Source: a virus. Taken from it: a DNA stretch of 35,571 bases. The notes beneath the pieces were generated by a model. It was given only the letters and a program-made list of their open reading frames with translations. It did not search any database and was not told the origin of the DNA. Each line of letters opens with the position of its first letter. Positions within the stretch are counted from its first letter, which is position 1. This document shows positions 16,501 through 25,357 of this stretch, piece after piece. The stretch lies in IMG/VR virus record IMGVR_UViG_3300048924_000196; one strand, given 5' to 3'. Both the position numbers and the translations under genes were made by a program.

Positions 16501-17700
16501 ATGGCAGATGAATATTTCCACGGCACGCGCGTTACGGAAATTCCGGGCGGCGCGCGTCCCATCCGAACGATTTCCACGGCCATCATTGGCATGGTTTGCA
16601 CCGCGAGCGACGCCGACCCGGCAACGTTCCCGCTGAATACGCCCGTGCTGCTCACGAACGTGCAAACGGCAATCGGCAAGGCTGGCAAGACGGGTACTCT
16701 CGCCAAGACGCTGACGGCCATCGCCGCGAACGCGAAGCCGGTCACGGTCGTGGTGCGCGTCGAAGAGGGCGAGACGGACGAAGAGACGGCGGCAAACGTC
16801 ATTGGAACCACGCTCCCGGATGGCAGCTATACCGGCATGCAAGCCTTGCTGTCGTCGCAATCCCGCAATGCCGTTACGCCGCGTATTCTCGGCGTGCCGT
16901 TCATCGATTCTGAACCGGTAGCCGTTGCGCTCGCCGCAGTGGCTCAAAAGCTTCGTGCGTTCACATACATCAGCGGCAACGCTGCAACGCCCATCGAGGG
17001 GCAAACGGAAGTCACGAAAGAGGCTGTGACGGCGTACCGAAATAAATTCGGTCAACGCGAAGTCATGGTGATCTGGCCGGACTTCACCGCGTTCGATACG
17101 GCCACGGCAACGGACATTACCGTCTCTGCTATCGCTGTGGCACTCGGACTGCGAGCGAAGCTCGATAACGACATAGGCTGGCACAAGAACATTTCGAATG
17201 TCGTCGTGAACGGCGTTACCGGAATCAGCAAGCCGGTTTCGTGGGCGCTGCAAGACCCGGCGACCGATGCGGGCTACCTCAACGAAAACGAAGTGACGAC
17301 CCTGATTCAAAAGGACGGCTTCCGCTTCTGGGGATCGCGCACGTGCTCGGACGATCCGCTGTTTGCTTTCGAGCAATACACGCGTACGGCGCAAGTGCTC
17401 GCTGACACGATGGCAGACGCGCAGTTTACGTACAACGACAAGCCGCTTTCGGCGGGGCTCGTGCGCGACATGCTCGAAGGCATCAACGCGAAACTCCGCG
17501 CGATGACCACGGCGGGCTATCTGATGGGTGGCGAGGCGTGGTACGACGAGGCAGAGAACGAAGTAACGGACCTTGAAGCGGGCAAGCTCACGATCAGCTA
17601 TGCGTACACCGCCGTACCGTCGCTGGAAAACATCAACCTCAATCAGCGCGTGACGGACACGTACTTGATGGACTTCGCGTCCAAGGTCAACGTTTCTTAA
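16501..17700 (+). CDS. FI: Contractile tail sheath (P2 gpFI-like)
   Basis: 399 aa. YFHGTRV N-terminus and WGSRTCSDDPLFAFE motif. Followed by the tube gene. Confidence 0.95.
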   Translation: MADEYFHGTRVTEIPGGARPIRTISTAIIGMVCTASDADPATFPLNTPVLLTNVQTAIGKAGKTGTLAKTLTAIAANAKPVTVVVRVEEGETDEETAANVIGTTLPDGSYTGMQALLSSQSRNAVTPRILGVPFIDSEPVAVALAAVAQKLRAFTYISGNAATPIEGQTEVTKEAVTAYRNKFGQREVMVIWPDFTAFDTATATDITVSAIAVALGLRAKLDNDIGWHKNISNVVVNGVTGISKPVSWALQDPATDAGYLNENEVTTLIQKDGFRFWGSRTCSDDPLFAFEQYTRTAQVLADTMADAQFTYNDKPLSAGLVRDMLEGINAKLRAMTTAGYLMGGEAWYDEAENEVTDLEAGKLTISYAYTAVPSLENINLNQRVTDTYLMDFASKVNVS

Positions 17701-17755
17701 CAAGACGTGGCCGGAGTATATCCGGTCTGCTTTCACCTGACAGGAGCATCACACA

Positions 17756-18265
17756 ATGGCTTTGCCGAATACCCTGAAAAACTATCTCACGTTCATCGAC
17801 GGCGACAACTATGCCGGTGAAGTCGAGGAAATCGCCTTGCCAAAGCTCACGCGAAAGACCGAAGAGTATCGCGGCGCGGGCATGGGCGGCGTAATCGAAC
17901 TCGATCAAGGCATGAACGTTCTCACGATGGATTCGACGTTCGGCGGATTCATGAAAGACGTGTTCAACAAGTTCGGCGCGCTCCAGCACGACGCGACGCA
18001 GATTCGCTATACCGGCGCGTACCGCCGTGAAGGCGATACGCGACACGACACGGTCGAAATCGTGATGCGTGGCCGTCACAAGGAAATCGACATGGGCAAC
18101 GCCAAGGCGGGCGAGCGTGGTTCGTTCAAGGTCACGACTACCCTGAGCTACTACAAACTGTCGGTCAATGGTGCTGTGCTGTACGAAATCGACGTGGTGA
18201 ACATGATCGAAAAGAACGGCGGCGGCGACTTGATGCAAGACCTGAAACGCGCTCTCGGCCTGTAA
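17756..18265 (+). CDS. FII: Tail tube (P2 gpFII-like)
   Basis: 169 aa. LKNYLTFIDGDNYAGEVEEIALPKLTRKTEEYRGAGM is the typical FII sequence. Confidence 0.95.
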   Translation: MALPNTLKNYLTFIDGDNYAGEVEEIALPKLTRKTEEYRGAGMGGVIELDQGMNVLTMDSTFGGFMKDVFNKFGALQHDATQIRYTGAYRREGDTRHDTVEIVMRGRHKEIDMGNAKAGERGSFKVTTTLSYYKLSVNGAVLYEIDVVNMIEKNGGGDLMQDLKRALGL

Positions 18266-18364
18266 GCGGCGCACCGCAACACTGACCCATAACGCGCCTG
18301 GCCCGCTACCGGACATCGAAGCGGGCGGCGCAAACCCTTCTCTTTCTTTGCTCAAGGATTTGCC

Positions 18365-18640
18365 ATGAAAAAACCGAATACCGTTGATCTGGATACGCCC
18401 ATCAAGCAAGGCGACGCCGAAATCAAGTCGCTGACGCTGCGCAAGCCGAATGCTGGCGCACTGCGCGGCACGTCGATTAACGCACTCGTTAATCTCGACA
18501 TCGACGCGTTGACCAAGGTGTTGCCGCGTATCTGCACGCCGACCATCACCGAGCTTGATATCCAGTTCATGGACCCGGCCGACCTGATCCGCGTGGGGGT
18601 CGAATTCGGCGCTTTTTTGCTGCCGAAAGCCGCGCAGTAA
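18365..18640 (+). CDS. E: Tail assembly chaperone gpE
   Basis: 91 aa, the same length as P2 gpE. Ends just after the T_TTT_TTG slippery site. Confidence 0.9.
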   Translation: MKKPNTVDLDTPIKQGDAEIKSLTLRKPNAGALRGTSINALVNLDIDALTKVLPRICTPTITELDIQFMDPADLIRVGVEFGAFLLPKAAQ

Positions 18641-18792
18641 CGGGCGGCGTTGTGAACCGGATTGAGAATGCGCTTTGTGACATCGCAATCGTGTTCCCCG
18701 GATTATTCTCCGCGAACGACATGTATGAAATGTCGCTTGCGGAGCTTTCTGAATGGCGCGAACGTGCGCGCATCCGACATGAGGGCGAGTGA
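18365..18792 (+). CDS. E': Tail assembly chaperone gpE+E', made by programmed -1 frameshift at 18613-18619
   Basis: My hand translation of the -1 frame after TTTTTTG gives FFAAESRAVTGGVVNRIENALCDIAIVFPGLFSANDMYEMSLAELSEWRERARIRHEGE*. The stop is at 18790-18792, abutting the T start. Confidence 0.8.
18613..18619 (+). promoter_or_regulatory. -1 ribosomal frameshift slippery heptamer T_TTT_TTG
   Basis: Same heptamer, at the same position relative to the E stop, as I recall for P2 E/E'. Confidence 0.8.
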
Positions 18793-20885
18793 TGGCAGAT
18801 AACAGCCTGAAACTGCAAGTGCTGTTTAACATGGTCGACAAGGTCACGCGACCATTGAAAGCCATGCTAGACGGCAACAAGAACCTCGCCGCAGGCTTGA
18901 AGAACTCACGCGCCGAACTCGCCAAGCTTAACAAGACGCAAGACGATGTTGACGGGTTCCGCAAGCTGCGCACGGGTTTGGCTGGCACAACGGACAAGCT
19001 GAAAGAGACGGAAGCCAGTATAAAAGCGATGGCAAAGGGCTTGCGTTCGGCTGGCCCGCCGTCACAGGCGATGGTCGACGCGCTCGACAAGGCGCGCGCA
19101 TCCGCATCGAAGCTACGAAAAGAGCAGCGCTCGCAAGCGGAGCAAGTCGATGCGCTGCGCGTCAAGCTGTCGTCGGCGGGCATCGACACGCGCAACCTGT
19201 CCACGCATGAGCAGCAATTACGCGGGTCCATCAATGCGACTACTGCGGCAGTAGCGGCGCAAACAGCGAAGCTACAGGCGGCGAACGCGGCGCAACAGAA
19301 GCTTGCCGCGAGCAAGGCCCGTATGGCAAAGATCAAAGAGGCGGGCATTGGCGCGGGTATGACGGCGGGGGTTATGGGCGCTGGTGGGCTTGCCGCTGTC
19401 GGCGGCATGGTGGGCGCTTACGCCGATCAGGAAAACGCCTCAACGGACCTGAAAGCCGCGATGATGGGCAAGGGCGGAACGGTGCCGGATACGTTCGCCA
19501 AGGTGAACGAACTCGCCACGCGGTTAGGGGACAAGCTCCCCGGCACGACCGCCGACTTCCAGAACATGATGACGATGCTGATACGTCAGGGCATACCCGT
19601 TCAATCGGTCCTTGGCGGCGTTGGCGAAGCGGCGGCATACCTCGGCGTGCAATTGAAGAAAGACCCCGCCGAAGCTGCCGAATTCATGTCGAAGCTTCAA
19701 GACGCGACGCGCACCGCTGACGGCGACATGCTCGGATTGGGCGACACCATTCAGCGTACGTTCATGCTCGGCGTTGACAGTGAAAACATGCTTCAGTTCT
19801 ACAGCAAGACGACAAGCGCGCTTGGCATTCTCGGCATGAAGGGCAAGCAAGCCGCTGACGCGTTGGCACCGCTGGCCGTGATGTCGGATCAGTCCGGCAT
19901 GGCAGGCGAAGCGGCGGGTAACGCAGTTCGCAAGGTGCTGCAAATGACGATGGACGCGAAGAAAGTCGCCAAGGGCGCAAAGATGGCGGGCGTAAAGCTT
20001 GACTTTACAAACGGCAAAGGCGAGTTCGGCGGCTTCGATAAGCTGTTTGCACAGATGGACAAGCTGAAAGGCCTGTCGACGCAGAAGAAATTGGGCGTGC
20101 TGAAAACGATCTTTGGCGACGACGCCGAAACGCTGCAAGTCGTGTCGCTGCTGATCGATAAGGGCAAGGCTGGTTACGTCGAGGTTCAACAGAAGATGGC
20201 GGCACAGGCGACTATGCAGGAGCGCGTGAACGTCCAGCTTGGCACGCTGAAAAACCTTTGGGACGCCGCCACGGGCACGTTCACGAATAGCCTTGCGTCA
20301 TTCGGTGAAACTATCTCGCCAGAACTGAAAGGGCTATCGACGTTTTTTGGCGACCTGTCCTCAAAGGTCAGCGCGTTCGTTGCCGCTAACCCGGAGTTCG
20401 CCCGCGTGATCGTGCTTTGCACCGCCCTTTTTTCCGGGCTGCTCGTTGTCGCTGGTGGGCTCGCTGTCGCTGTTTCTGTCATCACGTTGCCGATGCTTGC
20501 CGTTGCCGGAGCAATCGCCGCCGTGGTCGCGATCGGTGTCACGCTGTATGAGAACTGGGGATACCTGACGGACAAGGCGAAAGAGCTTTGGGAGTGGGTT
20601 ACAAAGATCGGAAGCGCGGCGGGCTCGTGGATTGGCGACAAGCTCGGCATATCCGCGAACGTGAGCGCCGATGCGCCGACCATCGAGGGCGTGCCGATCA
20701 ACGTTGCGCCGGACAAGCCGCTGACTTCGAAGGCGGGCGGATCGACGTACACGAGCAACGACACGTACGAGGTGAATATTCACGATGCGAACGACCCGAA
20801 AGCCGTTGGCGCTGAAGTAAAGCGGCAATTGGCGGCGCATGCGAATAACAAGCGCCTCGCCGCATCGAACCGTTTGGAGGATTAA
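18792..20885 (+). CDS. T: Tail tape measure protein (P2 gpT-like)
   Basis: 697 aa, Ala/Gly/Lys-rich coiled-coil with a central hydrophobic segment. Position after E/E'. Confidence 0.9.
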   Translation: MADNSLKLQVLFNMVDKVTRPLKAMLDGNKNLAAGLKNSRAELAKLNKTQDDVDGFRKLRTGLAGTTDKLKETEASIKAMAKGLRSAGPPSQAMVDALDKARASASKLRKEQRSQAEQVDALRVKLSSAGIDTRNLSTHEQQLRGSINATTAAVAAQTAKLQAANAAQQKLAASKARMAKIKEAGIGAGMTAGVMGAGGLAAVGGMVGAYADQENASTDLKAAMMGKGGTVPDTFAKVNELATRLGDKLPGTTADFQNMMTMLIRQGIPVQSVLGGVGEAAAYLGVQLKKDPAEAAEFMSKLQDATRTADGDMLGLGDTIQRTFMLGVDSENMLQFYSKTTSALGILGMKGKQAADALAPLAVMSDQSGMAGEAAGNAVRKVLQMTMDAKKVAKGAKMAGVKLDFTNGKGEFGGFDKLFAQMDKLKGLSTQKKLGVLKTIFGDDAETLQVVSLLIDKGKAGYVEVQQKMAAQATMQERVNVQLGTLKNLWDAATGTFTNSLASFGETISPELKGLSTFFGDLSSKVSAFVAANPEFARVIVLCTALFSGLLVVAGGLAVAVSVITLPMLAVAGAIAAVVAIGVTLYENWGYLTDKAKELWEWVTKIGSAAGSWIGDKLGISANVSADAPTIEGVPINVAPDKPLTSKAGGSTYTSNDTYEVNIHDANDPKAVGAEVKRQLAAHANNKRLAASNRLED

Positions 20886-20887
20886 CA

Positions 20888-21553
20888 ATGTTGATGGCGC
20901 TAGGCAAATTCGTTTTCAGCATGCAAACGCTCGCGTATCAGGAATTCCAGCGCCGGACGCAATGGAAACTCGCGAGTACGTCGCGTGTCAACGCTCGCAA
21001 CGGTCGACAGTTCACCGGACCGGGAGACGATACGATTACGTTCACGGGCTGGTTTATGCCCGATCAGATGGGCGGCAAAACAGAGTCGCTTGATGACATG
21101 CGTTCGATGGGCGATACGGGCGCGGCGTTCGTGCTCGTTGACGGCGCTGGAAAGGTCTATGGCGCGTTCCTGATCGAGGGGCTGGACGAAGGGCATACGA
21201 TCATCGGGCAGGACGGCACAGGACGGCGTATTGAATTCACCATCAACCTGACGCGTACGGATGATGATGCCGCCGTTGCTGCCGCCGTCGAGACAGCAAA
21301 GAAGAAAGCGGCTTTCTCCCTCAAGTCACTCGTGCCGCAGCAGATACAGGACGGCGCAGCGTCGGCACTGGCGACGGTCAAGTCAGCCGTGACGACCGCC
21401 AAGGCCGCTGCGAAAGAGGCGGGCGAGGTAGTCGCGCCCGTGATTAACATCGCCGGTCAGGTTCAAAACACGGTGTATGCCCTCAAGAACACGTCGCCGC
21501 AAGCGATTCTTGAAGAGGCGAAGAACATCGCCAAGAACGGGGCGGGGCTGTAA
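20888..21553 (+). CDS. U: Tail protein (P2 gpU-like) with an Ala-rich C-terminal extension
   Basis: MLMALGKFVFSMQTLAYQEFQRRTQW is the typical gpU N-terminus. 221 aa versus about 160 aa in P2. Confidence 0.85.
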   Translation: MLMALGKFVFSMQTLAYQEFQRRTQWKLASTSRVNARNGRQFTGPGDDTITFTGWFMPDQMGGKTESLDDMRSMGDTGAAFVLVDGAGKVYGAFLIEGLDEGHTIIGQDGTGRRIEFTINLTRTDDDAAVAAAVETAKKKAAFSLKSLVPQQIQDGAASALATVKSAVTTAKAAAKEAGEVVAPVINIAGQVQNTVYALKNTSPQAILEEAKNIAKNGAGL

Positions 21554-22578
21554 TGCGCGCACCGATATATTCCATTGAACTGAACGGCAAGCAACTCGCT
21601 GACGCCCTGAGCCCCTATCTTTCGTCGCTGACACTTACCGAATCACGCGAGGATGACGCCGACACCGTGCGGCTTGCGCTTGACGACAGCAAGGGCAAGC
21701 TAGCATTGCCCAAGCGTGGCGAAGTGCTGCGCGTGAGCTTTGGATGGTCCGATTCCGGCCTGGTGGACAAGGGGACATTCACCATCACCGAAGTGCAGCA
21801 TTCTGGAGCTCCGGACGTGCTGACCATTCAGGCGCGATCCGCTTCGATGACAAAGGAGATGGTCGAACGCAAGGAAAAGTCTTGGCATGGCACGACCTTG
21901 GGCGCAATCGTTAAGACCATTGCCGCCGCACACGGCTTAAAAGCGGCTGTAACGGCTTCGCTGGCTTCGGTGGCAATTCCGCACATCGATCAGACCAACG
22001 AGGGCGACATGAGCTTTTTGAGGCGTCTGAGCAAGCGTTACGACGCAACCATGACGGTGAAGGACGGAAACCTGCTGTTCACGGCCATCGGCAAGGGCAC
22101 CGCGAGCGGAAAGGAAATCCCGTTCCTGTTTATACGGCGGTATCGCGGCGACAGGCATTCGTACCACGTGAGCGAGCGCGAGAATTACAACGGCGTGCGG
22201 GCTCAATATCGCGGCACGGGCCGCAAAAAGCATTTGAGCGTGACGGTAGGGGGCGAGAACAGCAAGGGCATGAAGGTGTTGCCGGAGATATACCCGACCA
22301 AAGAACAGGCGATGGCGGCGGCGCAAGCCGAGTTTAATCGTACGCAGCGGTCTCAGGCGACATTCGATTACGAACTGGCGTTCGGCGTTCCGGATGCGAT
22401 CCCGGAGCGCGCCGTGTTCGTTGAGGGGTTCAAGCCGGAGATTGACGAGCAGGCTTGGTTGATCCGCAGCGCCGAACATGAGCTTGGCGACGGCGGATTT
22501 ACTACGCGCCTGATGATGGAGCAGGCCGACGACCCGACCACGCAGAAGCACAGGGAGAATTTCCAGCGGCCCAAATGA
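21553..22578 (+). CDS. D: Late control / tail protein D (P2 gpD-like)
   Basis: 341 aa. PIYSIELNGKQL...LSSLTLTESREDDADTV is typical of gpD. Last gene of the F operon. Confidence 0.9.
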   Translation: MRAPIYSIELNGKQLADALSPYLSSLTLTESREDDADTVRLALDDSKGKLALPKRGEVLRVSFGWSDSGLVDKGTFTITEVQHSGAPDVLTIQARSASMTKEMVERKEKSWHGTTLGAIVKTIAAAHGLKAAVTASLASVAIPHIDQTNEGDMSFLRRLSKRYDATMTVKDGNLLFTAIGKGTASGKEIPFLFIRRYRGDRHSYHVSERENYNGVRAQYRGTGRKKHLSVTVGGENSKGMKVLPEIYPTKEQAMAAAQAEFNRTQRSQATFDYELAFGVPDAIPERAVFVEGFKPEIDEQAWLIRSAEHELGDGGFTTRLMMEQADDPTTQKHRENFQRPK

Positions 22579-22612
22579 GAAACGCCCCGATGTTGAGTCG
22601 GGGCGTTTTTCT
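22579..22612. terminator. Rho-independent terminator after D (bidirectional; also ends the minus-strand 4-gene operon)
   Basis: aaacgccccga-tgttgag-tcggggcgttttt. Confidence 0.85.
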
Positions 22613-22622
22613 TTGCGTGTCG

Positions 22623-22799
22623 TCAGAACTGCATTCGAACGTCACTCGGCACGTGATACGTCTTGCCGCATTCGTCGCACTCGTGATTCCTGCCGCGCGG
22701 ATCAATCAGCCAGCCATCCTGTCGCGCGTCGCAGTGCGGACAATCAAGCGTGCAATCGTTGACCGTCAATCGCTCGACGCTTTTATTCTCTCCGCTCAT
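22623..22799 (-). CDS. 58-aa zinc-ribbon protein (CPHC...CDEC), below the ORF-track cutoff
   Basis: Hand translation: MSGENKSVERLTVNDCTLDCPHCDARQDGWLIDPRGRNHECDECGKTYHVPSDVRMQF*. ATGA overlap with the upstream ORF. Followed by a terminator. Confidence 0.6.
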   Translation of the reverse strand: MSGENKSVERLTVNDCTLDCPHCDARQDGWLIDPRGRNHECDECGKTYHVPSDVRMQF

Positions 22800-23086
22800 G
22801 CCGCAACCTCGCTCGTGAGTCCAGCCGCTTGCATGAACGCCGTAACGCTCTCCATATGAGCCGTCGACGCCGCCATGAGATTGCCTATCGTTGCGTCTTG
22901 CTGTTCGATGAACTGGCGCTGATCGGCAAGACGCGATTCGAGGTACGCGACACGCAAATTCAATGCATTGATGCGCGCCTCGTCTTCTGTGACGCGCTTT
23001 GCGGCTTGCTCAATGCATCGTTGCTGGTGAGGCGATGTACGCTTTCCGTATTCGCGCAGATTGGCAGCGAGTTGCTTCGCTTTCAT
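22796..23086 (-). CDS. 96-aa coiled-coil protein, function unknown
   Basis: Heptad-like EDEARINALNLRVAYLESRLADQRQFIEQQDATIGNL. ATGA overlaps on both sides. Confidence 0.6.
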   Translation of the reverse strand: MKAKQLAANLREYGKRTSPHQQRCIEQAAKRVTEDEARINALNLRVAYLESRLADQRQFIEQQDATIGNLMAASTAHMESVTAFMQAAGLTSEVAA

Positions 23087-23304
23087 TGACCATCCCCCAT
23101 CATATCCGCCATCTTAATAAGGCGCGCGCCAAGGTCGCGCGCTTCGGCGGAAGTCATTTCGAGCGAGAATCCAGAACGGATAGACGGGTCATTGGTCGTG
23201 AGCAGGCGAAGCGTTACCGAGTCAAGCGCCTTTGTTCCGATGACGCCGGATAGGCACTCGACCATTGCTTTGCTGCGGCGGCTGAATCGTTCCGATGCTT
23301 TCAT
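23083..23304 (-). CDS. 73-aa protein, function unknown
   Basis: ORF translationally coupled (ATGA) to both neighbours. No recognisable motif. Confidence 0.5.
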   Translation of the reverse strand: MKASERFSRRSKAMVECLSGVIGTKALDSVTLRLLTTNDPSIRSGFSLEMTSAEARDLGARLIKMADMMGDGQ

Positions 23305-23978
23305 GCTGACGCCCCCAATTGAACGGCCATCGAAGCCAGCGACGAAAGGGGCGAGCCTTTTGCCACGCGAGCGGCGCGAAGCTTCGCGACCATGCGCGAC
23401 TGAGTGGGGCGCACTTCAGCGAACAACGCCACGCGACGCGATACCGGCTTCTCTGCGTCTACACCTTCACCGGCCTTGTAGATGGCGACGCAGTCATACA
23501 CCGAACTTGTGTCCGATTGCCAGCCGGAGATGTGAATCAGCGATGCCGCCCGGAGTTTATTCACGTGATACAGCGCCGAATTACGCACTACGCCGACCAT
23601 CGATGCGACCTCGCCCGCCGTCATCGGCAGAGCGAGCGCCTTTAAAATTCGTGCAGCAGCGCCGTCTATCGTGCCAGCCGGACACACGGCATTCTTTCCC
23701 GGACCGAACGCATACACCGCAAACCGCGACTTGTCGCGCGCCTTACCTGCATCCCATCGCAATATATGCGACTCACCATCGGCAACGGCACGGTTAAGGT
23801 TCGAGCGAACGCTTTCGATGTGCATGCCCGTTAAAGACGACAGGTCACGAGCGCTTGCGCCCATCTCGCCGGACGCTTTGAGCAGCGACATGATGTATTC
23901 GCGGTTAGATTGCGGGGCGATTTGACCCAAGCTGTAACGCGTTCCCGAAGCTGCGCTCAATGCAATGCTGATATCCAT
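23301..23978 (-). CDS. Tandem winged-helix (2 x wHTH) DNA-binding protein
   Basis: ATG at 23978 with an AGGA Shine-Dalgarno. Internal duplication: YIMSLLKASGEMGASARDLSSLTGMHIESVRSNLNRAVADGESHILRW and ARILKALALPMTAGEVASMVGVVRNSALYHVNKLRAASLIHISGW. Confidence 0.65.
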   Translation of the reverse strand: MDISIALSAASGTRYSLGQIAPQSNREYIMSLLKASGEMGASARDLSSLTGMHIESVRSNLNRAVADGESHILRWDAGKARDKSRFAVYAFGPGKNAVCPAGTIDGAAARILKALALPMTAGEVASMVGVVRNSALYHVNKLRAASLIHISGWQSDTSSVYDCVAIYKAGEGVDAEKPVSRRVALFAEVRPTQSRMVAKLRAARVAKGSPLSSLASMAVQLGASA

Positions 23979-24063
23979 TTTCCTAGTCCCGTGTTGGTTT
24001 GTTCGCGCGCCAGTCCATCGGCACATTTCAAACTGTACTCCTAAACTTGTAGCGGCACAACAT

Positions 24064-24092
24064 CTTGTTAAGATTATTGACACCTTGTTAAG
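24064..24092. promoter_or_regulatory. Two direct copies of CTTGTTAAG 20 bp apart, bracketing a TTGACA hexamer (24077-24082) in the divergent promoter region. Candidate operator.
   Basis: catCTTGTTAAGattaTTGACAcCTTGTTAAGcc read directly, between divergent starts at 23978 (-) and 24150 (+). Confidence 0.55.
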
Positions 24093-24149
24093 CCTCAGGC
24101 AAGATTCGTCTTGCGGTACAGGACACGAATAAACACAGGGGAACACGAA

Positions 24150-24371
24150 ATGACTTGCAAAGAAGTTATCGCGCAGTGCAACGCAATGCGCCCCGCACTG
24201 AACGCATTGAAGGCCGCGCGATACGACGCGTGGCTTAACGCAGATTGCTTGATAGAAATAAGTGACCCTGTTCAGCGCTGTACACCGGGCGGGCGCGTTG
24301 CGTACGTGTACGAGACGCGCGTTTTATCGAACCCGCGCGCCGCCTACAAATTCCTGATGGACCGCAGCTAA
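24150..24371 (+). CDS. 73-aa protein, function unknown
   Basis: ATG at 24150 preceded by AGGGG. Followed by a terminator at 24400-24426. Confidence 0.5.
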   Translation: MTCKEVIAQCNAMRPALNALKAARYDAWLNADCLIEISDPVQRCTPGGRVAYVYETRVLSNPRAAYKFLMDRS

Positions 24372-24399
24372 CAGCCGCGCCAGATACAGCGCACCACTA

Positions 24400-24426
24400 A
24401 CAAGCCCGCCGCGTGCGGGCTTTTTC
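24400..24426 (+). terminator. Rho-independent terminator (aagcccgc-cgcgt-gcgggcttttt)
   Basis: 8-bp GC stem plus T-run, preceded by CTAACAAG. Confidence 0.75.
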
Positions 24427-24478
24427 ACTGAGAGGGCATTTCGCCCGATCCACCACGCGCCAAAGCGCAAGGAACCAC

Positions 24479-25096
24479 ATGAAAATCATTCACACCCCGA
24501 TCAGCAAGCGAAACCCGGTCATCGACTCGGAAATCAATAGCCTGTTTGGTTGCGCTCGCGATATCGACGGCAATCGCACGCTCAACCTCAACCTCTCTAA
24601 CGGCACCGGCACGGTCTACATTTCGATGACGCAAGCCGAAGCGACGGCTATGGCCTCGACTATGGCGAGCCCGGATGCGAGCGTTGCGGCAGTGGCAACC
24701 GGCGTGCTGGCCGAAGTCGCCGGAGAGCGTTCGCGTCAAATCCTGACGAAGGGCTACACGCAGGCATTCGACGACAAGCGCACACCCGGCGAACTGGCGG
24801 CGGCGGGCAGCGCTTACGCGATAAAAGCGGCTTGCGGGATTCACCCCAGCTATACAGAGGTTGACCCGAACACGCCGCCCACTATCTGGCCGTGGGCAGC
24901 GAAGGCGTTCAAGCCCGACGACGCGCGAACGAACCTGATCAAAGCCGCAGCGCTGATCATCAGCGAGATTGAGCGGATGGACCGCGATGCACTGGCAGCA
25001 GCGCACGAAGCGGCAGCGGCAGAAGAACAGGCGGCAGCGCAAGCAGCAGCGGCGGCGATTGCAGCGGCAGCGGCATCGTCTAACCCTTCGGCTTAA
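24479..25096 (+). CDS. 205-aa phage protein of unknown function with a low-complexity Ala/Gln tail
   Basis: ATG at 24479 with an AAGGA Shine-Dalgarno. The central segment ERSRQILTKGYT..DD..TPGELAAAGSAYA...WPW..KAFKP.D.RTNLIKAAALIISEIERMDR resembles a domain I recall seeing repeatedly in phage proteins. Family not confidently named. Confidence 0.6.
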   Translation: MKIIHTPISKRNPVIDSEINSLFGCARDIDGNRTLNLNLSNGTGTVYISMTQAEATAMASTMASPDASVAAVATGVLAEVAGERSRQILTKGYTQAFDDKRTPGELAAAGSAYAIKAACGIHPSYTEVDPNTPPTIWPWAAKAFKPDDARTNLIKAAALIISEIERMDRDALAAAHEAAAAEEQAAAQAAAAAIAAAAASSNPSA

Positions 25097-25147
25097 CAAC
25101 GCTAACGCCGGGTTTATACCCGGCAACTCACACGCAAAGGCAATGTC

Positions 25148-25357
25148 ATGACAAAGATTTCCGCGAAGCCCCTCGTCAATAAGCCGGTATCGATCGGCAT
25201 GCCCCCGGAGTACGTCGCAGCGTTGAAAAAGGAGCTTCCGAAGCGCGGTTACGTGTCCCTGTCGGAGTTCGTCCGCGAACTGATCGAAGCCAATTCGCCG
25301 CAATGCGCGGTGATCAAACGGCACGCTGAGCGCGGCACCGCCAAGGCGCGCAAGTGA
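25148..25357 (+). CDS. Ribbon-helix-helix (CopG/Arc-like) DNA-binding protein
   Basis: KPVSIGMPPEYVAALKKE...VSLSEFVRELI fits the beta-alpha-alpha RHH pattern. Confidence 0.65.
   Translation: MTKISAKPLVNKPVSIGMPPEYVAALKKELPKRGYVSLSEFVRELIEANSPQCAVIKRHAERGTAKARK

Noticed and set aside
16498-19408. Very long antisense ORFs (16498-17736 -, 17687-19408 -; similarly 6798-7565 -, 24425-25324 -, 25660-26739 -, 34599-35324 +)
   Set aside because: They lie opposite well-supported genes (sheath, tube, tape measure, capsid, par operon). Their translations are Arg/Ala/Pro-rich and low-complexity, as is typical of stop-codon-poor antisense frames in high-GC DNA. They have no Shine-Dalgarno sequences.
22575-22859. 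Plus-strand ORF 22575-22859 (94 aa) after gpD
   Set aside because: It starts inside the gpD terminator and runs antisense to a minus-strand ORF. That minus-strand ORF has a clean CxxC...CxxC zinc-ribbon translation and an ATGA coupling to its upstream gene, so the minus-strand reading is preferred.
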